DNA of 64,000 bases, taken from the NCBI GenBank assembly GCA_965216785.1, contig OZ244197.1, positions 25,120 to 89,119 of the forward strand. Direction: 5' to 3'. Under the pieces are notes generated by a model. It was not told where the DNA came from, made no database searches, and was given only the letters and a program-made list of their open reading frames with translations. How positions within the stretch are numbered: the first letter of the stretch is position 1; every line of letters begins with the position of its first letter. This DNA is from Thermodesulfobacteriota bacterium (GTDB lineage: Bacteria; Desulfobacterota_D; UBA1144; Nemesobacterales; UBA2774). Positions 53,351-59,844 of this stretch are shown in pieces. Made by a program: the position numbers and the translations under genes.

Positions 53351-53533
53351 TTATGAGATTTCAATATTTCCAACTACATCCTTTAACTGTGATCCGTCCT
53401 CATGGGTGTATAAAATGTAAAGGGATACTTCTTTCACCCTCTCCTCTTCGGACTCTTCTGAACTTGCGGCATTAGCCGTCTTCTCCAGAAATGCTTTCAC
53501 AACTGCTAAATCTGATTGCTCTATTATCATCAT
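53351..53533 (-). CDS. Small acidic hypothetical protein (first gene of the sigma-54-driven leftward unit)
   Basis: AGGAGG lies 8 nt before the ATGATG at 53533. The track ORF begins 21 nt earlier at 53554. A sigma-54 motif lies just upstream. The methyltransferase gene starts 33 nt downstream. Confidence 0.45.
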   Translation of the reverse strand: MMIIEQSDLAVVKAFLEKTANAASSEESEEERVKEVSLYILYTHEDGSQLKDVVGNIEIS

Positions 53534-53570
53534 GACTAAGACCTCCTTTTTCATTATGTGACTTTATAAA

Positions 53571-53586
53571 TGCAACCGGTATGCCA
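53571..53586 (-). promoter_or_regulatory. Sigma-54 promoter motif TGGCAT-N5-TTGCA (reads leftward)
   Basis: The reverse complement of aaTGCAAccggtATGCCAaat is atTTGGCATaccggTTGCAtt. Confidence 0.55.
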
Positions 53587-53639
53587 AATATATAACTCTC
53601 CTTCATCATTAAGTTTTCTAAATTTCAATCTTGTCGGCA

Positions 53640-53656
53640 TGTAAACTACGTTTACA
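53640..53656. promoter_or_regulatory. Perfect inverted repeat TGTAAAC-tac-GTTTACA between divergent sigma-54 promoters (candidate enhancer/UAS)
   Basis: 7-bp arms. A further GTAAAC half-site lies 20 nt downstream (53661-53666). Confidence 0.45.
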
Positions 53657-53730
53657 TATCGTAAACTCCGTATACATATCAGTGATTCACACACACTAAC
53701 TTATTTAATGATTAAAGAGGCTTACGTTTT

Positions 53731-53746
53731 TGGCATTCTGATTGCT
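53731..53746 (+). promoter_or_regulatory. Sigma-54 promoter motif TGGCAT-N5-TTGCT (reads rightward)
   Basis: ttTGGCATtctgaTTGCTc. Predicted TSS ~25 nt before the AAGGAGG RBS of the collagen-like gene. Confidence 0.55.
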
Positions 53747-53781
53747 CTTTAAGGATATAGAACTTTAAGGAGGTAGTTAAA

Positions 53782-54576
53782 ATGAGGATATTGATATTTC
53801 TGAGTGTTTTATTTAGCGGTTTATACTTTTCACAGGATGTAACTGCCGAGGGTATAGTATTCTGCCAGAGTAAAATCTTTAAAGTCGTAAGATACAGGGG
53901 CGGCGAGCCCGGAAGCTGTAAACGATTTGAAAATGAGATTGTTATAACTACCGAAATCGGTGAGGCTGGACCTCCCGGGCCTCAGGGACTAGCTGGACCT
54001 GCAGGACCTCAAGGTGATCCTGGACCGGATGGACCAGCCGGACCTGAGGGGCCACAAGGACCGGCAGGACCTATGGGAGATGTCGGACCGGAGGGCCCAC
54101 CAGGTGATATAGACCAAGGTCTTTTGGATGATCTTCAGGAACAAATTGATATTCTAGCAAGTAAGGCATGTGGAGATGGAGAATTAGATATAATTTTTGG
54201 TGAAGAGTGTGATGATGGAAACGAATTAGACCAAGACAGTTGTTCATCTGATTGCTTAATCACAGGCCCAAGTGGTCCTTTTTGCGGTAATAGAACAATT
54301 GAAGATCCTGAAGTATGTGATGCCGATATAATTCTGACTAGTTGTATAGACTTGGGATTTGTAACAGGAGACCTAAGATGTTCGGACGACTGCCTATCTT
54401 TTGATACATCAGGTTGTCTTGACTCAGTATGCGGCAATAACAACCAGGAAAGTGGTGAAGTTTGTGATGGAACAGATTTGGTTGGTATAGATTGTACTGA
54501 CTTTGGATTCACAGGAGGTTCCTTAGCATGCGGTTTTGACTGTGTTAGTTTTAATACATCTAATTGTTCTAATTGA
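53782..54576 (+). CDS. Secreted collagen-like (G-X-Y) / Myxococcus-type cysteine-rich repeat protein
   Basis: Signal peptide. About 17 uninterrupted GXY triplets ([50 protein letters not shown]). Four cysteine-rich repeats of the CG[DN]G..E.GE.CDDGN / C.D.GF..G.L.C..DC.SF.TS.C type. Confidence 0.75.
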   Translation: MRILIFLSVLFSGLYFSQDVTAEGIVFCQSKIFKVVRYRGGEPGSCKRFENEIVITTEIGEAGPPGPQGLAGPAGPQGDPGPDGPAGPEGPQGPAGPMGDVGPEGPPGDIDQGLLDDLQEQIDILASKACGDGELDIIFGEECDDGNELDQDSCSSDCLITGPSGPFCGNRTIEDPEVCDADIILTSCIDLGFVTGDLRCSDDCLSFDTSGCLDSVCGNNNQESGEVCDGTDLVGIDCTDFGFTGGSLACGFDCVSFNTSNCSN

Positions 54577-54664
54577 ATAAAGATGTCTCTGACGAATTAG
54601 GTTGTTTTATCTTGAATCTTTATAATTTATTGTCAATACTAGGTTAATTATGATTTCATAGATT

Positions 54665-57600
54665 TTGAAAGGAGTATGTTCTTTGGAGTGTTCAGCTTGT
54701 AAATCTGCAATCACATCAGGTGAAAAATTCTGCGGCAATTGCGGAAAGAAAGTAGGGGTTGAGTGTCAGAGCTGCGGCAATGAAAATCCCCTTAAGAACA
54801 AGTTCTGCTCAGAATGCGGCAGCAAACTGAGTAACGGAACTGTATCTAAACCTGAGAGCTTCTCAAAAGATATTCCTGTACAGCTTGCCAGAAAGGTGAT
54901 AGAAGAAAAAGCACATCTTGAAGGCGAGCGTAAACAGATAACGGTCCTATTTGCGGACATATCAAATTTTACAGCATTATCCGAGAAGCTCGATCCGGAG
55001 GACGTAAAGAACCTAGTGGACGGATGCGCCAAGCTTATCATTCAGGATATTTACCACTATGAGGGTACGGTAGACAAATTTACAGGCGATGGTGTTATAG
55101 CCCTATTCGGCGCTCCAATTTCACTAGAAGATCATGCAGCCCGTGCATTGAGCTCAGCGATTAAAATCCAGGAATCTGTGAAGGAATACAGCCGTAAAAT
55201 AAAGAGCGAATTTGGGTATGAATTAGAAATGAGGATCGGGATAAATACAGGGCTCGTTGTGGTGGGGAGTATAGGGAACGACCTTAGCATGGATTATACG
55301 GCTATGGGCGATACGATTAACCTCACTTCGAGACTCGAATCGTTTGCTGAACCCGGCACAATTCTGGTCAGCGAAAATACTCAAAGGTTAGTGAGTGACA
55401 GATTCAGTTTCGGTCCGGGCGAAGAATACCGAGTAAAAGGAAAAAAATCGGCCGTAACAGCTTACAAGGTATTAGATACGAAAGAGGATGTAACGCTTCG
55501 CGACTTTCAGACTGAAGGTAGACTGACCAGATTCGTCGGGAGAAAAAGAGAGATAAATACCCTCACTGATAGAATCGACCTGGCAAAGGAAAGCCAGGGG
55601 CAGATTATCTCCGTTATAGGGGAGGCTGGACTTGGGAAAACCCGCCTTATCCATGAGCTTAGAGACTTATTAGGAAATGAAGACCTTAGATGGGTAGAAG
55701 GCAAGAGCCTGTCTTATGGCAAGTCGATACCATATTTCCCTATCATTAACCTGCTGAAAAGTTTTTTTAGGATCGAGTCTGATTATAGCGAGCGGGTAAC
55801 TAAAAATAAAATCGAGAAGGAAATCAGAGAGATTGACTCAGATTTATTGTGGACTCTTCCATTCTTATACAGCCTGTTATCAATCGGCCCCTCCGATAAG
55901 AGTATTGAGCAAATGCACGAACGGGAGATAAGGAGGAAGAGCTACGAGGCTGTTAATTCCATCTTCCAGAGACAGAGCAGAAAGCAGCCGCTACTTTTAG
56001 TAGTCGAAAACCTCCACTGGGTGGACAGCGCTTCAGAGGAGCTTATAAATCACATTGTGCACAATATCGCCAGAAGCAGAATTATAATACTGGTCTCAAC
56101 CCGTCCGGGACATTTACATCTGTTTTCCGATAAATCCTACTATACTCAGATAATTCTAAGCCCCCTTTCAGACGCCGATTGCGAATCTATGATCAAGCAG
56201 ATCCTGAAAACTCAAGACGTGTCGCGGGACTTACAGGATTTAATTTTGAACAAATGCGAAGGAAACCCATTGTATCTGGAAGAGGTCGTTAAGGATCTAT
56301 TAGAGCAGGGCGCTATAAAGGTATCCATGGGAAAAAGCTCTCTCAGTAAAAAGGGCCATGAACTGGCAGTCCCGGGGACGATACTTAGTATTATAATGAG
56401 CCGGGTGGACAGATTAGATGAGAACCTTAAAAATACGCTCCAGTGCGCCTCCGTGATAGGGAGAGAGTTTTCGTTCCCTCTACTGAACGGCATTACAGGC
56501 GGCGGCATAGAATTACATGAAGACCTTGAAAAACTGAAAGAACTTGAGCTGATATACGACAAAGGACCCTCACCTGAGCCTGAATACTTGTTTAAGCACG
56601 CGCTCACTCAGGAAGCCACCTACAACAGCCTTCTCTTCGGTAGAAGAAAAGACCTTCACCTATCAATCGGGAAGCTACTCGAGAACACACATAAAAACAG
56701 GCTCGAAGAATATTATGAGACCCTGGCTTACCACTTCTATCACGGTGAAGACGTAGAGAAGTCTTTAGAATATATGACTCTAGCTGGAGACAAGGCTTTC
56801 AGGCTCCACTCTACTAGAGAGGCCATGGAGTTCTACCAAAAAGCTATTGAGCTCATTATTAAGCAGCCTGAAACCGAGGAAAATAAATCAAAAAGAGCAA
56901 ACCTTACCATAAAGCTGACAAGGGTGCTCAGATTTTTCGAATCCCCTAAAAATATACTAGAAATGCTCAAAAGCATTGAGGATATTGCTGATACACTCGA
57001 AGACTATAATCTAAGGTCCAGAATAATGTCTCTGATCGGTTTATTTACTGTGCTATTGGCTAAGAATCAGGAAGCCGGAATCCCCTATTGTGAGAAGAGT
57101 ATCGAGATCGCGAGCACTTTGAAAGATGAAAAAATCACATCACTGGCGTTCTATAGCCTCACAATGGCCTACTATTTTACAAGAGGAAAAAACGAAGGAG
57201 CCGACCTTTTCAAAAAAGCTTACAAAATTTCAAATAATGCCGGAGATTATTTTGAGGCGAGTCATATTCTGCTGCTCCATGGTATTTCACTTTGGCATTG
57301 GGGAGACTATGAGAAAGCCCAACAATACATAAAGAATTCTCGGGACTACGCTGAAAAAAGAAAAGCTCCTACAATGGCTGCACACAGTTATTGCGCACAT
57401 GGGGGTTACGGGGTGTTTTATGGAAACTTCACACAAAACTACGTCGACGACTGTAAAAAAGCGATGCAAATGTTTAAAGAATTAGACGACGTGTACTACT
57501 ATCTTATAGTTTCAGGCTGTTACTGGTACGGAGTTTACAAAACGACAGGGAATAAAGAAGCGGTTAAAAATCTCGAGGAGACAATAAAGAAAAAAGAAGA

Positions 57601-58036
57601 AAATGATATGTGGATATGGCAGCCGATGCTTTATTCATATTTAGCTGAAGCATACTGTGATTTAGGTATTGAAAGGGAAGCGCTCGCATCATGTAAAAAA
57701 TCGATAGAAATAGCAGAGGGAGCCGGGAACAAATTAGAAGCAGGCAGAGGCAGGATCGCCTTAGGAAAATATTATATAGATAAACAAAATCGAGACTTGA
57801 AAAAGGCGGAAGTGAGTTTTAAAGAAAGTGTTGAAAACTTTGATGTTATTGAAGCAAATTCGGGCCTTTGTATGAGTTATTTCAATCTCGGTGCACTTTA
57901 TAAAGAACAGAAAAACTATAAAGAAGCAAAAGCTTATCTTTCTAAAACTATACCGATGGCTAAAAAAGCGGGGTTATGGTGGTATTTACGGAGCTCAGAA
58001 CTCCTCTTAAACGATATAAAGGAAAGCACATCATAA
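54665..58036 (+). CDS. Double zinc-ribbon + class III adenylate/guanylate cyclase + STAND (AAA_16) NTPase + TPR signal-transduction protein
   Basis: N-terminal CxxC x4. Cyclase core ITVLFADISNFT...FTGDGVIALFGAP. P-loop VIGEAGLGKTRL, Walker B LLLVVENLHWVD and the GNPLYLEE motif, then multiple TPR-like helices. The start may instead be the TTG at 54683 (SD AAGGAG 8 nt upstream). Confidence 0.8.
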   Translation: MKGVCSLECSACKSAITSGEKFCGNCGKKVGVECQSCGNENPLKNKFCSECGSKLSNGTVSKPESFSKDIPVQLARKVIEEKAHLEGERKQITVLFADISNFTALSEKLDPEDVKNLVDGCAKLIIQDIYHYEGTVDKFTGDGVIALFGAPISLEDHAARALSSAIKIQESVKEYSRKIKSEFGYELEMRIGINTGLVVVGSIGNDLSMDYTAMGDTINLTSRLESFAEPGTILVSENTQRLVSDRFSFGPGEEYRVKGKKSAVTAYKVLDTKEDVTLRDFQTEGRLTRFVGRKREINTLTDRIDLAKESQGQIISVIGEAGLGKTRLIHELRDLLGNEDLRWVEGKSLSYGKSIPYFPIINLLKSFFRIESDYSERVTKNKIEKEIREIDSDLLWTLPFLYSLLSIGPSDKSIEQMHEREIRRKSYEAVNSIFQRQSRKQPLLLVVENLHWVDSASEELINHIVHNIARSRIIILVSTRPGHLHLFSDKSYYTQIILSPLSDADCESMIKQILKTQDVSRDLQDLILNKCEGNPLYLEEVVKDLLEQGAIKVSMGKSSLSKKGHELAVPGTILSIIMSRVDRLDENLKNTLQCASVIGREFSFPLLNGITGGGIELHEDLEKLKELELIYDKGPSPEPEYLFKHALTQEATYNSLLFGRRKDLHLSIGKLLENTHKNRLEEYYETLAYHFYHGEDVEKSLEYMTLAGDKAFRLHSTREAMEFYQKAIELIIKQPETEENKSKRANLTIKLTRVLRFFESPKNILEMLKSIEDIADTLEDYNLRSRIMSLIGLFTVLLAKNQEAGIPYCEKSIEIASTLKDEKITSLAFYSLTMAYYFTRGKNEGADLFKKAYKISNNAGDYFEASHILLLHGISLWHWGDYEKAQQYIKNSRDYAEKRKAPTMAAHSYCAHGGYGVFYGNFTQNYVDDCKKAMQMFKELDDVYYYLIVSGCYWYGVYKTTGNKEAVKNLEETIKKKEENDMWIWQPMLYSYLAEAYCDLGIEREALASCKKSIEIAEGAGNKLEAGRGRIALGKYYIDKQNRDLKKAEVSFKESVENFDVIEANSGLCMSYFNLGALYKEQKNYKEAKAYLSKTIPMAKKAGLWWYLRSSELLLNDIKESTS

Positions 58037-58068
58037 TTGACAATTTACTCATGGATAGAAGGTGAACT

Positions 58069-58818
58069 ATGGCATTTGAAGAAATAGAGAATAAAGTTGT
58101 TCTAATAACAGGGGGCTCGGAAGGTATAGGATTTGGGATTGCAAGAACTTTCGTCAATGCCGGTGCTAGAGTAGCTATCACAGGACGAAATATAAATAAA
58201 TTGGACAAAGCCAAAGAGCTTCTTGGAAATGATGTATTTTCGATTAATGCAGATGTTGCTCAAACCGAAAATTCCGCTGCCACTATTGAGAGAGTTGTCA
58301 GCGAATTTGGGAGATTGGACATACTAATTAACAACGCCGGAGAGGGGAATCAAAAACCGTTATCTAAATGCGATATTAACGACTATGACTTTGTTTTTAA
58401 TACGAACGTAAGGGGGTTATTCGCTCTGACTCAGGCCGCAACCCCTGAGCTTAAAAAAACAAGTGGGAATATCATAATAATAGCTTCGTCACTCGGTTTA
58501 AGACCGGCGCCCATGTACGGGGTCTATTCGGCTTCCAAAGCAGCTGTTATCATGTTCGCTCAGATGTGGGCTAAGGAACTTGCTCCGGACGTAAGAGTCA
58601 ATTCGATAAGCCCCGGCGGTGTAGATACACCGTTATGGGACAAGCTGGTTGGTAAGGAAAAAAAGGAAGATGTTCTCAGCTTTGTCAAAGAACGTCATCT
58701 GGTAAAAAAGCTCGGCAGCCCGGATGAGATCGGAGGAGCGGCTCTTTACCTTGCTACTGAAGACTGGGTAACCGGAAGTAATTTGGTGATAGACGGCGGT
58801 CTTTTCTATTCGATATGA
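58069..58818 (+). CDS. Short-chain dehydrogenase/reductase
   Basis: TGGSEGIGFGIA Rossmann motif, NNAG, and catalytic S...YSASKAAV. Confidence 0.85.
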   Translation: MAFEEIENKVVLITGGSEGIGFGIARTFVNAGARVAITGRNINKLDKAKELLGNDVFSINADVAQTENSAATIERVVSEFGRLDILINNAGEGNQKPLSKCDINDYDFVFNTNVRGLFALTQAATPELKKTSGNIIIIASSLGLRPAPMYGVYSASKAAVIMFAQMWAKELAPDVRVNSISPGGVDTPLWDKLVGKEKKEDVLSFVKERHLVKKLGSPDEIGGAALYLATEDWVTGSNLVIDGGLFYSI

Positions 58819-58867
58819 CTCTAAAATTCACGAATTAGAATCCCAAATTAGCTTCACTTTTCTTCAA

Positions 58868-58886
58868 CTGTAAACATCCATTACAG
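58868..58886. promoter_or_regulatory. Inverted repeat CTGTAAAC-N5-TTACAG (shares the TGTAAAC half-site with 53640-53656)
   Basis: ~150 nt upstream of the sigma-54 motif at 59036. Confidence 0.35.
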
Positions 58887-59035
58887 TTAAAATAACTATT
58901 TTCTGTTGTTAAGTTCCTTAAATCTCCCAAATTTTAAGTATATATTCAAATTCCAAGATTCACCCTCCTGGCAATCTCTGTAAGCAGGGTTGACACTTCT
59001 GTCAAATTATTCAATGTTTTCAGATGTTTAGAATT

Positions 59036-59051
59036 TGGCACACTGCTTGCA
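59036..59051 (+). promoter_or_regulatory. Sigma-54 promoter, perfect consensus TGGCAC-N5-TTGCA
   Basis: tTGGCACactgcTTGCAaaa. The GGAGG RBS and the ATG of the YdhR-like gene follow within 55 nt. Confidence 0.65.
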
Positions 59052-59088
59052 AAAATATTAAATCAAAAATCACTTGGAGGTGATCGAT

Positions 59089-59430
59089 ATGATAGTAGTT
59101 CAGATTATTAACTTTAACTTAAGCGGTATGAGTGAGACGGAGTATGAGCAGACCTGTGATAATTTAGCCGGCTCATTCGCTGAGGTTCCAGGACTTCTGG
59201 CCAAATACTGGCTATCTGACCGGGCCAATAACAGTTACGGCGGGGTGTATTTATGGGAAGACCGTACGTCGCTTGAGCGTTTTACCCGCTCAGAGCTTTT
59301 TAATAGTGTTGCCACTCATCCCAATCTGGTAAACATCTCTTCACAGGTATTCGATGTGCTGGAGGGCCCTACCCGAGTTACAAGGGGCTTTGACGCTGTA
59401 AGCGCAATTGAAAAAGCCCGTGCGGTTTAA
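59089..59430 (+). CDS. YdhR-like putative monooxygenase (Dabb/ABM fold)
   Basis: VVQIINFNLSGMSETEYEQ...GLLAKYWLSD..NNSYGGVYLWEDRTSLERF..S.LF resembles YdhR (PF08803). Based on recall only. Confidence 0.5.
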   Translation: MIVVQIINFNLSGMSETEYEQTCDNLAGSFAEVPGLLAKYWLSDRANNSYGGVYLWEDRTSLERFTRSELFNSVATHPNLVNISSQVFDVLEGPTRVTRGFDAVSAIEKARAV

Positions 59431-59457
59431 GTACAAAAAACTCAAGGAGGTGTACAA

Positions 59458-59733
59458 ATGAAATTTATAGCGGTCCATCCACTAAATAGTCCTATAAGAG
59501 AGGACCAGATTACCGACGCAGCCAGAGCGTGCAGGGCGGAGAACAGTAACAACGCCTGCTGGATAGACAGCTGGACCCAGCTTAACGACGAAGGAGAGAT
59601 CACAGTTATCTATTGTCAGTACGACGCAAAGGACGCAGAATCCGTAGCAGATCTTCTTAAAAAGGGAGCACCAGACCTTCCGGTCGAGGGTATATACCTT
59701 ATGGGTAAGCTCGAAGCAGAAAATTACAGGTAA
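59458..59733 (+). CDS. DUF4242 (SCO4226-like, putative nickel-binding) protein, copy 1
   Basis: MKFIAVHPLN...CWIDSW..DEGEITVIYCQYDAKDAESV...EGIYLM. Confidence 0.6.
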   Translation: MKFIAVHPLNSPIREDQITDAARACRAENSNNACWIDSWTQLNDEGEITVIYCQYDAKDAESVADLLKKGAPDLPVEGIYLMGKLEAENYR

Positions 59734-59742
59734 AAACAGTTC

Positions 59743-59779
59743 GGGCGTTAGGTACGTATTGTATCCAACGCCCTTATAC
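59743..59779 (+). terminator. Possible terminator hairpin
   Basis: gggcgtt-N17-aacgccc followed by ttatacc. Confidence 0.35.
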
Positions 59780-59796
59780 CTGGGCGAGAAAGTGTC

Positions 59797-59826
59797 TTGA
59801 ATTAAGAAAATCTAAAGTGATATAAT
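59797..59826 (+). promoter_or_regulatory. Sigma-70-like promoter TTGAAT-N18-TATAAT
   Basis: About 19 nt before the GGGGAGG RBS of the EBP-STAND gene. Confidence 0.45.
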
Positions 59827-59844
59827 GTCTTAGGGGAGGTTGAC

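Noticed and set aside
53940-54110. Short-period nucleotide repetition that could be mistaken for a CRISPR or tandem repeat array
   Set aside because: The periodicity is the 9-nt GXY collagen codon repeat inside an intact ORF. There are no spacer/repeat alternation or cas genes.
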